Shown here: positions 55,526-64,000 of the stretch, piece after piece
Layout of the letters: the number at the start of each line of letters is the position of its first letter
How positions within the stretch are numbered: position 1 is the first letter of the stretch
NCBI GenBank assembly: GCA_049970175.1
Contig: JBMFNL010000001.1
Span: 364-64,363 of the forward strand
Origin: Chloroflexia bacterium
GTDB lineage: Bacteria > Chloroflexota > Chloroflexia > DTKN01
Reading direction: 5' to 3'
DNA: 64,000 nucleotides
Notes under the pieces: model-generated
What the model saw: the letters and a program-made list of their open reading frames with translations, nothing else
The model's database searches: none
What the model was told of the DNA's origin: nothing
Translations under genes and position numbers: made by a program

Positions 55526-56203
55526 TCAACAATCGAAGAGGGCCAGGATCAGGGCCTTTTCCTCCTCCACGGTGAGGTGATCGTTGCACAGGTAAAAGGC
55601 ATCTTCGGCCGGCCGCAGCGGGGCCACCGAACGGCCGGAGTCGATCTCGTCCCGCCGGCGGATGACCTCCAGCACGGCGGCATAGTCCGCCGCGCAGCCC
55701 CGGGCCTGAAGTTCGGCCAGCCGCCGCCGGGCCCGTACCTCCAGGGAGGCATCCAGGTAGATCTTCAGTTCGGCCTCGGGGAGGACGACGGTGCCGATGT
55801 CCCGTCCCACCATCACCACCTCACCGCGCTGCCCGATGGCCCGCTGCTGGCGGGTGAGGGCGGCGCGCACCCCCGGGTAGGCGGAGACGGGCGAGACGTG
55901 GGCATCCACCTCCGGCCGGCGGATGTCCCAGGTCACGTCGCGCCCGTCCACATAGACATCGTACTGCCGGCCGTCCGGCACGCTGGGGCGGGTGACGTCA
56001 ATGGCGATCGTCTCCGCCAGAGCGGTGACGGCCGCCTCGTCGGCGATGGGGATGCCCCGGCGCAGCGCCTCCCAGGTGACGGCGCGGTACATCACGCCGG
56101 TGTCGAAATACAGGTAACCCAGCGCCTGGGCCAGCGCCTCCCCCAGCGTGCTTTTCCCGGCGCTGGCCGGCCCGTCAATGGCGATCGTACGGGGTCTGGG
56201 CAT
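55526..56203 (-). CDS. cmk: Cytidylate kinase
   Basis: ...IAIDGPASAGKSTLGEALAQALGYLYFDTGVMYR... Confidence 0.85.
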   Translation of the reverse strand: MPRPRTIAIDGPASAGKSTLGEALAQALGYLYFDTGVMYRAVTWEALRRGIPIADEAAVTALAETIAIDVTRPSVPDGRQYDVYVDGRDVTWDIRRPEVDAHVSPVSAYPGVRAALTRQQRAIGQRGEVVMVGRDIGTVVLPEAELKIYLDASLEVRARRRLAELQARGCAADYAAVLEVIRRRDEIDSGRSVAPLRPAEDAFYLCNDHLTVEEEKALILALFDC

Positions 56204-56349
56204 CACCACTCCTCTCGGCTTTTGCCCCCTATTCTACACCAGAACGGGGGCCGGCGCAAACGGGCTGTTTGCACGATTGACAGAAAAAGGGGGCTGTGAT
56301 ATGCTAAATTCAGCACACGGGCTTGACGGCCCGGGAAAGGAAAGCCCCG

Positions 56350-59184
56350 GTGGACTTTTGGGTGCGTTTCTTCCGACGCTGGAGGTGGAGGCTGACGGCC
56401 CTGGCCGTTCTGCTGGCCCTCCTCCTGGGCGGCTTCCTTCCCCTCGTCATCGGACAGGCCTTCCCCGGCCGGCCGCAGGCCCGGCCCGAAATCCGCGCCG
56501 GCGACCTTACCCTGAGCGGCACGGACTTTCTTCCCGGCCAGAGCCGGGGGCCGCTCTCTAAGGCGGCCGGCCTGGAACTCACCCTCTCCGGCACGGGCAT
56601 CTACACCTCACCCGTGCTGATCGCCCCCATCCCCTTCTCCGACCTGGGTACGATCTGGGAAGCCGACCTGCCCCCCGGCACATCCCTCCTCCTCCAGGTG
56701 CGGACCAGCCCGGAGGAAAGCGGCGAGGCCTGGAGCCCCTGGCAAACCATCGTGGAGGAGGACGACCTCCCGCCGATGCCTCTGGGCCAGTACTCCGGGA
56801 AACTCCTCTTTATCCCCCAGAGCGACGGCGTACATCGGCGGCTCCAGTTCCGCCTGTTCTTTTCCTCCCTCCAGCCGGGGTCGCTGCCCAAACTGAACCG
56901 CCTGACCTTTACCTTCATTGACGCCCGGGCCGGCCCCAGCACCCAGGAGATCATGCGGGTCAAAGGGACGGGCAAGGGAATCCTGGCGGTGGAAAAGCCC
57001 CCGGTCATCAGCCGGGAAGAGTGGGGCTGCCCCGAGGGGGAGCAGAGCCCGCGCTGGCCGCCCGAGTACGCCCGCGTGACCCACGTCATCATCCACCATA
57101 CCGCCACGCCCAACGGCGATACCGACTGGGCCGCCCGCGTCCGCTCCATCTGGTACTATCACGCCAACACCCGGGGCTGGGGCGACATCGGCTACAACTT
57201 CCTGGTGGACCCCCTGGGCAACGTCTACGAGGGACGGGCCGGCGGGGACGACGTCATCGGCGGGCACGCCCGCAGTTACAACCCCGGCACGATGGGCGTG
57301 GGCTGCCTGGGCACCTACTCCGCCGCTCCTGTCCCGGCCCCCCTGCAGCAAAGCCTGGAAGCGCTCATCGCCTGGAAGGCCTCCCAGCGGGGCATCGATC
57401 CCCTGGGGCGCAGTTTCAACAACCACAAGGTCTATGACCATATCGCCGGCCACCGCGATGTCGGCGAAACCACCTGTCCGGGCGACGTGCTCTACGGCCT
57501 TCTCCCCACCATCCGCCAGGATGTCTTCGAGCGCCTGCAAGCCCAGGAAGAGGCCGTTACGGTGGACGACCTCTCCCCGGAGTTCACCCGTAGCCCGGCC
57601 TACTGGCACGACGGCTGTAGCCCGGACGGACACTCCTTCTGGACCCATACCGTTACCCGGGCCGAGGAATCGACCAACTGGGCCATCTGGCGGCCCAACC
57701 TCCCCCGGGCCGGCTGGTACGAGGTCTTTGTCCGGATTCCCTCCTGCACTGGCGAGGACCTCCCGGAGTACACCGAAAGCGCCCGCTACCGCCTCTACTA
57801 CCGCGATGGGGGCATCCTGGTCACCGTCAACCAGCGGGCGGAACAGGGGCGCTGGGTCTCTCTCGGCGCTTACCCCTTCTACCGGGGGACGAGCGGCTAC
57901 CTCTATCTGGACGACCTGGCCGGCGACTACTGGCGCGCCCTCTGGTACGATGAGGCGCGCTGGGTGCTCCGTTCCCCGATTTCCGAACCGCCCCCCAGGC
58001 CTCAACCGGAGTCTCCCGAGGACGGTGCCTGGCTGAGGAGTCGCGAGGTCACGCTTTCCTGGACGGTCCCGGCCACGGCGACGGTAGGCGGCTTCCGCCT
58101 GGTGGTGGCGCTGGACCCGAACCTGACTGCCCCTCTGGTCCAGGAGGACGTGGGGCCGGCCCTGACCTATAACCTCTCCCTGGACCGGGACTATCCGGCC
58201 CTGTACTGGTCCGTCCGGGCTTACGGCGAAGGGGGCGATGGGCCGCCCGCCCCGGTGCGCCGCTTCGGGGTGGATACCGGCCCGCCCACCTCCACCGTGA
58301 TCGGGCTGTACCGCGCCGTCACCGGCCGGTACTTCCTGCGCTGGGGCGGGACCGACGAGGGGAGCGGCATCGCCTCCTATACCGTCCAGGCCCGCGATGG
58401 GACGGAAGGCCCCTGGCAGGACCTCTGGCGCGATACGACCTGGACGGCCGCCCCGGTGGACGTTCCGCCGGGCATCACCCGCTACTTCCGCGTCCAGGCC
58501 CGCGACCGCCTGGGCAACGAGGAGCCTCCACACGGAGGAAACGGCGACCTTTCCAGCGAGCAGGTGACCCGACTGGACCGCGCCTTCTTCCAGGCCCTGC
58601 TCCTGCGCGGCTTCCTCCCCCCCACGCCGTTGCCCACGCCGACGCCCCGGGCCACGGCCACGCCGTTTCCCACGCCGGCCCCCACGCCCAGCCCGTTCCC
58701 CACCAAAGCCCCTCTGCCCACGCCGGCCTTCACGCCGATCCCTGTTCCTTCCCCTACGCCCACACTGCCGCCGGCCACGGCCACGCGCCTCCCCTCTCCC
58801 ACGCCTCCGCGAACGCCCGGCGGGGGGCCGCCCCTCCCGGACCTGCGGGTGGAGTCGGTGCGCTCGAGCCAGGGCACGCCCTTTGATTGCGGCCGGCCGA
58901 GCGGCATCGCCGTCCGGGTGAGCAATATGGGGTCGGCCCCGGCCGGCACCTTCTACCTGGCCCTGGTCGGCCCGGGCCTGGAGGATTGTCGCTGGCGATG
59001 GGAAGGGCTGGACCCCGGGGCCTGGACCGAAGTGGTCTGCCCGGCCGTCGTCCTCAACACCGTGGTCACCGCCACGGTGGATGTGGAGAACACCGTCGTC
59101 GAATCGGACGAGACGAACAACACCCGGAGCGTCCTCCTCAGCGTGCTGGTCCTGCCCACCTGCACCCCGGCACCGGGTCCCTGA
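56350..59184 (+). CDS. Secreted PGRP/Amidase_2-type N-acetylmuramoyl-L-alanine amidase with FN3-like domains, P/T-rich linker and C-terminal CARDB-like domain
   Basis: Signal anchor, then ...[12 protein letters not shown]...[24 protein letters not shown]...[18 protein letters not shown]..., then a ~60-aa PT linker, then CARDB-like ...ETNNTRSV. Start taken at GTG ~56350 (AAGGAAAG SD); a TTG at 56323 is also possible. Confidence 0.8.
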   Translation: MDFWVRFFRRWRWRLTALAVLLALLLGGFLPLVIGQAFPGRPQARPEIRAGDLTLSGTDFLPGQSRGPLSKAAGLELTLSGTGIYTSPVLIAPIPFSDLGTIWEADLPPGTSLLLQVRTSPEESGEAWSPWQTIVEEDDLPPMPLGQYSGKLLFIPQSDGVHRRLQFRLFFSSLQPGSLPKLNRLTFTFIDARAGPSTQEIMRVKGTGKGILAVEKPPVISREEWGCPEGEQSPRWPPEYARVTHVIIHHTATPNGDTDWAARVRSIWYYHANTRGWGDIGYNFLVDPLGNVYEGRAGGDDVIGGHARSYNPGTMGVGCLGTYSAAPVPAPLQQSLEALIAWKASQRGIDPLGRSFNNHKVYDHIAGHRDVGETTCPGDVLYGLLPTIRQDVFERLQAQEEAVTVDDLSPEFTRSPAYWHDGCSPDGHSFWTHTVTRAEESTNWAIWRPNLPRAGWYEVFVRIPSCTGEDLPEYTESARYRLYYRDGGILVTVNQRAEQGRWVSLGAYPFYRGTSGYLYLDDLAGDYWRALWYDEARWVLRSPISEPPPRPQPESPEDGAWLRSREVTLSWTVPATATVGGFRLVVALDPNLTAPLVQEDVGPALTYNLSLDRDYPALYWSVRAYGEGGDGPPAPVRRFGVDTGPPTSTVIGLYRAVTGRYFLRWGGTDEGSGIASYTVQARDGTEGPWQDLWRDTTWTAAPVDVPPGITRYFRVQARDRLGNEEPPHGGNGDLSSEQVTRLDRAFFQALLLRGFLPPTPLPTPTPRATATPFPTPAPTPSPFPTKAPLPTPAFTPIPVPSPTPTLPPATATRLPSPTPPRTPGGGPPLPDLRVESVRSSQGTPFDCGRPSGIAVRVSNMGSAPAGTFYLALVGPGLEDCRWRWEGLDPGAWTEVVCPAVVLNTVVTATVDVENTVVESDETNNTRSVLLSVLVLPTCTPAPGP

Positions 59185-59199
59185 GCGGAAAGGTGTGCG

Positions 59200-60627
59200 A
59201 TGGAAATCGAGCGGCCTCGCCTGCGACCCGACCTGGAAATTTTCCCCGGCCGGCCGGGGGAGGGGGTACTCCTTTACGACCCGGCCCGCCGCAGCCTCTT
59301 TGAACTGGAACCGGAAGCCCGGCCTCTCCTGGACCTCCTGGACGGCAGCCGTACCCCTCAGGAAATAGCCCGTTTCCTCCACCGGCGGCTCGACGACGTC
59401 CTGGAACTCCTGGATGACCTGGCCGACTGGATGCTCCTGGTGGACCCGGAGCAGGAGGAACTCCTGGCCGCCTGGAAACGCGCCTACGAGGCCGAGGACC
59501 TCCTCCTGCAGCCCATCCTGGACGGCCGGCCGCCTCCCCCGATCACCCCGGATAGGATCGCCGTGGTGGACGAGGCCCACCACACCTGCCTGCGATGCGG
59601 CGCCTGCTGTCATTATGCCGTCCCGGTCTCCCCGGAGGAGCGGCACTTGCTGGAGGCTTTCCCCTGGCCGGAGGACGTGGTCCCGCCCGAAGCCGGCCGG
59701 CTCTTCCTCCCACGCCCCGGGACTCAGTGGGGCCGGCTGGAGGAGACCATCGCCACGCGCAGCCACCCCACCCGCTGCGCCTTCCTCGATGCGGAGATGC
59801 GCTGCCGGGTACATCAGGAACTGGGCCCCCAGGCCAAACCCTTCCCCTGCCGCCTTTTTCCTCTGGCCTACCCCGTGCTCGTGACCGGCCGGGCGATTTT
59901 CTCGCTCACCTTCGAGTGCCCGAACCTCTGGCGAACCTACGACACGGGGGAGCCGCTTTCCTCCCGGCGGGAGGAACTGGCCGCCCTGGCCTCGGAGATG
60001 GAGGAAATCTACGCCCTGCCGGAGCGCATCCCGCTGGATGAGGAGCAGGAAGCGGACCGGGCGGAATACCTCGCCTGGGAGCGATCCCTTCTGGCCTCGC
60101 CCTGGACTCTGGCAGGCGATCCCCGTTCCTCCCTGGAGCGTCTGCGACAGGGATGGCGGAGGCTGGTGCCCTCCGGTCCGGACCCCATCCCCGGTCCGGA
60201 AGGGCTGGCCCGGATGGCCGGGCATCTGGGGAAAAGTGCCCGCGAGCATCGGGAGGTGCTGGCCGACAGTCCTGAAGGGGAGGACGGGGTGGACCGGGCC
60301 GTCCAGGTGCTGGAACGGCTGGCCGGCCGGCCGGAAACGGCCTGGGACGCCTTCCCCGGGTCCGATTCCCCGGCCGCCAACCTCTTCCTGGAGCGCTTCC
60401 TTCGCCACTTTGTGGAAGGGAAGCAGATGCTTCTCTACCGGCCGCTTTCGCGGGGGATGCGGGCGCTGGCGCTCCTTCTTCTCCTGGCCCGCGGCGATGC
60501 CGGGACGATGGCCCGGGAGGAGGGCTTGGAGGTCTCCCCGGCGCTCCTCAACCGTGCCCTGGCCCGCTGGGAACGGCTCCTGGAGATTCGCCCGTTCCGT
60601 CTGGCCTTCCTCCGGGAGGTTTTTTGA
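59200..60627 (+). CDS. PqqD-like RiPP-recognition-element (RRE) domain fused to a YkgJ/CxxCxxCC Fe/Zn-chelating domain, plus ~200-aa C-terminal region of unknown function
   Basis: N-terminus ...GVLLYDPARRSLFELEPEARPLLDLLDGSRTPQEIARFL... (PqqD-like). Then HTCLRCGACCHY...CAFLDAEMRCRVHQ...FPCRLFP (CxxCxxCC family). Stop is adjacent to the next gene's ATG. Confidence 0.7.
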   Translation: MEIERPRLRPDLEIFPGRPGEGVLLYDPARRSLFELEPEARPLLDLLDGSRTPQEIARFLHRRLDDVLELLDDLADWMLLVDPEQEELLAAWKRAYEAEDLLLQPILDGRPPPPITPDRIAVVDEAHHTCLRCGACCHYAVPVSPEERHLLEAFPWPEDVVPPEAGRLFLPRPGTQWGRLEETIATRSHPTRCAFLDAEMRCRVHQELGPQAKPFPCRLFPLAYPVLVTGRAIFSLTFECPNLWRTYDTGEPLSSRREELAALASEMEEIYALPERIPLDEEQEADRAEYLAWERSLLASPWTLAGDPRSSLERLRQGWRRLVPSGPDPIPGPEGLARMAGHLGKSAREHREVLADSPEGEDGVDRAVQVLERLAGRPETAWDAFPGSDSPAANLFLERFLRHFVEGKQMLLYRPLSRGMRALALLLLLARGDAGTMAREEGLEVSPALLNRALARWERLLEIRPFRLAFLREVF

Positions 60628-63426
60628 ATGCCCGTCTTCCTGTTTACCGATATCGAGAACTCCACCCGCCTCTGGGAAAAGTATCCGACGCTGATGGGGG
60701 CGGTGCTTGCCCGCCACGACGCCATCCTGCGGCGGGAGATCGAGCGGTATGGCGGTCGCATCATCAAACATACCGGCGACGGTGTCTTTGCCGTCTTTGA
60801 ACGCGGCCGGCCGCTCCACTGTGCCCTGGAGGTCCAGAAGGCCCTGGCCCAGGAGGATTGGGGGGAGGTCCGGGAGTTGCGCATTCGCATCGCCCTGCAC
60901 GCCGGCGAGGCCCTGTGCCGAGGGGAGGATTACTTCGGCCCTGCCATCAACCGCACCGCCCGACTGCTCTCCTCCGGCTGGGGCGGGCAGGTGCTCTTCA
61001 CCCCCGAGGTACTGCGAGCGGCTCCTCTGCCGGAGGGAGCCTCCTACCGCGACCTGGGCTTTCACTTCTTCAAAGACCTGGGCCAGCCGCAGCAGGTCTA
61101 CGGCCTGGTTCACCCCGAGTTGCCGCTGCAGAAGTTTCCCCCCTTGCGCTCCCTTTCCGCCCGTCCGCACAACCTGCCGGTGCAGCCCACCCCCTTCATC
61201 GGCCGGGAGAAAGAACTGGCCCAGGTCCTTTCCCTGCTCGACCGCCCGGACTGCCGGCTGCTCACGCTGGTGGGGCCGGGGGGAGTGGGCAAGACCCGAC
61301 TGGCGTTGCAGGCGGCGGCGGAGAAGGTGGAGGACTTTTCCCACGGGGTCTACTTTGTGCCGCTGGCCGCCCTGGCCTCGCCTGAGTTCCTCGTCTCGGC
61401 CATCGCCGATGCCCTGCGCTTCTCCTTCTACGGCCCGGAGGAGCCGCAGACGCAACTGGCGAGCTACCTGCGGGAGAAGCGGATGCTCCTGGTGCTGGAC
61501 AACTTTGAGCACCTGCTGGCCGGGGCCGGCCGGGTGGCCGAACTCTTGCAGGCGGCGCCGGAGGTGAAGGTGATGGCAACCTCGCGGGAGGCGCTGCGGC
61601 TGCGCGGGGAGTGGGTCTTTCCCCTGGAAGGACTGGAGCGGCCGGCGGAGGGGGAGGAAGAGGTAGAACACTATGAGGCGGTACAACTCTTTCTGCAGGG
61701 AGCACGGCGGGCCCGGCCGGACTTTCGCCTTTCGGCGGAGGATCGGCCGGTGGTGGTGCGGATTTGCCGGCTGGTGGAAGGGATGCCGCTGGGAATCGAA
61801 CTGGCCTCCTCTTGGGTGCGGGTGCTCTCCTGTGGGGAAATTGTCCGGGAGATCGAGCGGGGGCTGGACTTTCTTTCCTCGGCTTGGCGGGATATCCCGG
61901 AGCGGCATCGGAGCCTGCGGGCGGTCTTCGATTCCTCCTGGGCCCTCCTTGCGGAGGAGGAGCGGCGGGCGCTGGCGCGGCTTTCGGTCTTTCGGGGAGG
62001 CTTCCAACGGGAAGCGGCGAAAGAGGTGGCCGGCGTTTCCCTGCCCGTCCTTTCCGCTCTGCTGGACAAATCCCTGTTGCGCTGTACGGCCGGCCGCTAC
62101 GAGATTCTGGAGACGCTACGACAGTACGCCGAGGAGAAACTTCAGGAGATGGCCGGAGAACCGGAGCGGGTGCGGGACCTTCACGGCCTTTTCTACATCC
62201 GCTTCCTCCAGGAACGCGAAAAACCGCTCAAAGCGGGGAAAGAGGAAGAAGCGCTTCAGGAGATTCACGAGGAGCACGAGAACATCCTGGAGGCCTGGAG
62301 GTGGTCTGTGGAACAGGGGAGATGGGCCGAAATCGGCCGTGCGGCCGAGAGCCTCTACCTCTTCTACGAGATGCGTAGCCTGTTCCACGAAGGGGAGCAG
62401 GTCTTTCGCCAGACGCTGGAGGCCCTGCGGAAACTTCCCGGCGGAGACAACCGGTACGAAGCCGCCCTGGGGCGGGTTCTGGCCCGCTACGGCTGGTGCT
62501 GCGAGCGCCTGGGGCGCTACCCGGAGGCTCGGGAGTTCTTTTCCGAGGCGCTCTCCATCGCCCGTCGTCTGGGCGACGCCGAGGAAGCAACTTTCGACGC
62601 TGCCCATCTGGGGGCCGTCTACCGCCTGCTGGGGGAATACGACCTGGCCCGCCGGTCGCTTCAGGAAAGCCTGGATCTTGGCCGGGAGAGCGGCCAGACC
62701 TGGCCACAGGCCCATGCCTTTCTCAACCTGGGAATCGTGATCAGCGCCGTGGGGGAGTACGAAGGAGCGCGCCGGGCCTTTCAGGAGAGCCTGGACCTCT
62801 TTCGGAAAATTGGATACCGCCGGGGCATCGCCGCCGCCCTCAACAATCTGGGCTTGGAGGCCAGTGCGCTGGGAGACTATGAAGAGGCCCGGAGGCTTTT
62901 CCAGGAGAGTCTGTCCCTTTTCCAGGAAATCGGCGATCACCGGCGGACGGCCTTTGCCCTGGCCAATCTCGGATATATCTCCGGAAATCAGGGGCAGCAT
63001 GCCGAGGCCGAGCGTCTGGGCCTGGAGGCACTGGCCATCTTCCGCGAGATCGGCGAACAGTGGGCCGTCTGCACGGTCCTCAGCAACCTGGGGGCCAGCG
63101 CCTGCGCTCAGGGGAAATACCCGGCTGCGCGGAGGTATCTCCTCGAATCCCTGCGTGTGGCGAGGGAACTACAGGCCGTTCCCCGCGTATTGGATATCCT
63201 GGCGGATCTGGCGGACGTACTGTACGGAGAAGGGTCCCCCTCAGAAGCCCTGGAGGTCCTGGCCGTTGTCCTTCGTCACCCGGCCGTTGAGGAAGGAACC
63301 CGGGAGCATGCCGGTCGCCTCTTGGAAAAACTGCGGGAGGAACTGTCCCCCGGAGTTGTGGCGGTAGCCCTGGAACAGGCCGAAGCCGGCGATTGGGAAG
63401 AGGTCCTCAGGAAGTTTATCTCTTGA
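60628..63426 (+). CDS. Class III adenylate/guanylate cyclase domain + NB-ARC/AAA STAND NTPase + TPR repeat protein (932 aa)
   Basis: N-terminal CHD (MPVFLFTDIENSTRLWEKYP...HTGDGVFAVF...INRTARL), then P-loop LTLVGPGGVGKTRLA with hhhhDNFEH Walker B, then 8+ TPR-like repeats to the C-terminus. No HTH. Confidence 0.85.
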   Translation: MPVFLFTDIENSTRLWEKYPTLMGAVLARHDAILRREIERYGGRIIKHTGDGVFAVFERGRPLHCALEVQKALAQEDWGEVRELRIRIALHAGEALCRGEDYFGPAINRTARLLSSGWGGQVLFTPEVLRAAPLPEGASYRDLGFHFFKDLGQPQQVYGLVHPELPLQKFPPLRSLSARPHNLPVQPTPFIGREKELAQVLSLLDRPDCRLLTLVGPGGVGKTRLALQAAAEKVEDFSHGVYFVPLAALASPEFLVSAIADALRFSFYGPEEPQTQLASYLREKRMLLVLDNFEHLLAGAGRVAELLQAAPEVKVMATSREALRLRGEWVFPLEGLERPAEGEEEVEHYEAVQLFLQGARRARPDFRLSAEDRPVVVRICRLVEGMPLGIELASSWVRVLSCGEIVREIERGLDFLSSAWRDIPERHRSLRAVFDSSWALLAEEERRALARLSVFRGGFQREAAKEVAGVSLPVLSALLDKSLLRCTAGRYEILETLRQYAEEKLQEMAGEPERVRDLHGLFYIRFLQEREKPLKAGKEEEALQEIHEEHENILEAWRWSVEQGRWAEIGRAAESLYLFYEMRSLFHEGEQVFRQTLEALRKLPGGDNRYEAALGRVLARYGWCCERLGRYPEAREFFSEALSIARRLGDAEEATFDAAHLGAVYRLLGEYDLARRSLQESLDLGRESGQTWPQAHAFLNLGIVISAVGEYEGARRAFQESLDLFRKIGYRRGIAAALNNLGLEASALGDYEEARRLFQESLSLFQEIGDHRRTAFALANLGYISGNQGQHAEAERLGLEALAIFREIGEQWAVCTVLSNLGASACAQGKYPAARRYLLESLRVARELQAVPRVLDILADLADVLYGEGSPSEALEVLAVVLRHPAVEEGTREHAGRLLEKLREELSPGVVAVALEQAEAGDWEEVLRKFIS

Positions 63427-63519
63427 ACCGGCTTCGGGATCGGGGACTTGCGCCGGGATGCCGGCTTGGGCAAAACGACCTCGGCTCTCTCCCCCAAACT
63501 GTGGATCGGGGATGGAGTA

Positions 63520-63595
63520 GGTCGGTTTGACCAACCGACCTACTCCTCCGTCCATAGGGCAGGTCGGTTTGACAAACCGACCTACATTTTTGGTT
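63520..63595 (+). terminator. Two tandem perfect palindromic hairpins (GTAGGTCGGTTTGACCAACCGACCTAC; AGGTCGGTTTGACAAACCGACCT + ATTTTT)
   Basis: Downstream of the AC-STAND-TPR gene. The second hairpin is followed by a T-run. A degenerate copy of the same palindrome (TCGGTTTGACAAATCGACCTACA) sits at 2823-2845, between the tRNA-Arg and dxs 3' ends. Confidence 0.5.
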
Positions 63596-63639
63596 CACAC
63601 CCACAGGAAGTTACTTGGTGGGAGGTAGAACTTGAATCT

Positions 63640-63675
63640 TCTTGACCAATCCCCCAACCCGTGCTATTATGCTTT
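63640..63675 (+). promoter_or_regulatory. sigma70-like promoter (TTGACC-17-TATTAT) for the downstream lipoprotein gene
   Basis: cTTGACCaatcccccaacccgtgcTATTATgc. A ~125-nt leader follows, with the hairpin GCCCGCCggagGGCGGGC. Confidence 0.4.
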
Positions 63676-63800
63676 CAGGCCCGCCGGAGGGCGGGCCAGC
63701 GACGACGGGATAATGGCCGGCCCCCCGGCAGGCCGAAAGGAGGTGCGACGGGAACGTCAAGTGGGTCGAGAAGTCGTGAAACCACCAACAGGAGGAACGC

Positions 63801-64000
63801 GATGCATACGCGTCTATGGTTTCTCGTCCTGTTCGTCCTATTCCTGGCCGGCTGCACGTCCTACTTCGCCTCCCCCCCGGCCAGCCAGGCCCTTCCGACG
63901 GAGGCCTCCCCGCCCACGGCCGAGGCCTCCCCTACGCCGACGGAGGTCTCCTACCCAACGCGGGAGGCTTATCCCCCGCCCCAGGGATGGACCCCCGAAC
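63801..64000 (+). CDS. Lipoprotein, partial (runs off the window end)
   Basis: MHTRLWFLVLFVLFLAGCTSYFASPPASQALPTEASPPTAEASPTP...; AGGAGGAA SD 6 nt upstream. Confidence 0.55.

Noticed and set aside
63448-63645. 65-aa ORF downstream of the STAND gene as a possible RiPP precursor for the RRE protein
   Set aside because: Its sequence is dictated by the tandem palindromic terminator hairpins (repeated GRFD.PTY). There is no SD and it overlaps the promoter of the next gene.

Overview
This is a high-GC (~66%) bacterial chromosomal segment with strong GGAGG-type Shine-Dalgarno usage and many overlapping start/stop codons (ATGA/GTGA/TTGA). It reads as core genome, not an island: no integrase, transposase or CRISPR is visible. 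Recognisable content is listed by type below.

- **Housekeeping genes:** dxs, tsaC, lexA, a yceD-rpmF-fabH-fabD-fabG block, GTP-dependent pckG, dksA-lspA-rluD, rpe, tatA-gmhA, pyk, plsC, cmk, and three tRNAs (Arg-TCT, Arg-TCG, Thr-CGT).
- **Accessory-looking genes:**
  - a tungsten-type aldehyde:ferredoxin oxidoreductase followed by two MoaD/ThiS-like genes, with what looks like a Moco/Tuco riboswitch plus terminator upstream;
  - a tryptophanase beside an ACC-deaminase-family enzyme;
  - a tandem-duplicated zinc-ribbon/membrane module fused to a TolB-like propeller;
  - a 7-blade repeat polytopic membrane protein coupled to tsaC;
  - a 1541-aa secreted protein with lamin-tail, DUF11 and two PLD (HKD) domains, followed within 14 bp by an XPB-type helicase and a THEP1 NTPase;
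  - an OmpR regulator with a frameshifted histidine kinase and a possibly frameshifted lipoprotein/propeller gene;
  - a 3-gene block at the right end: secreted PGRP-type amidase, then a PqqD-like RRE fused to a CxxCxxCC (YkgJ) domain, then an adenylate/guanylate-cyclase-NB-ARC-TPR (Avs/STAND-like) protein. This block is my best candidate for an undescribed system.
- **Repeats and remnants:** three families of dispersed GC-rich palindromic/REP-like repeats (one copy sits inside coding sequence), a truncated SDR gene overlapped by the extended tail of an MFS gene, and an absent plsX replaced by a structured spacer.

Coordinates derived from the ORF table are exact to the codon. RNA, repeat and promoter coordinates are +/- a few nt.
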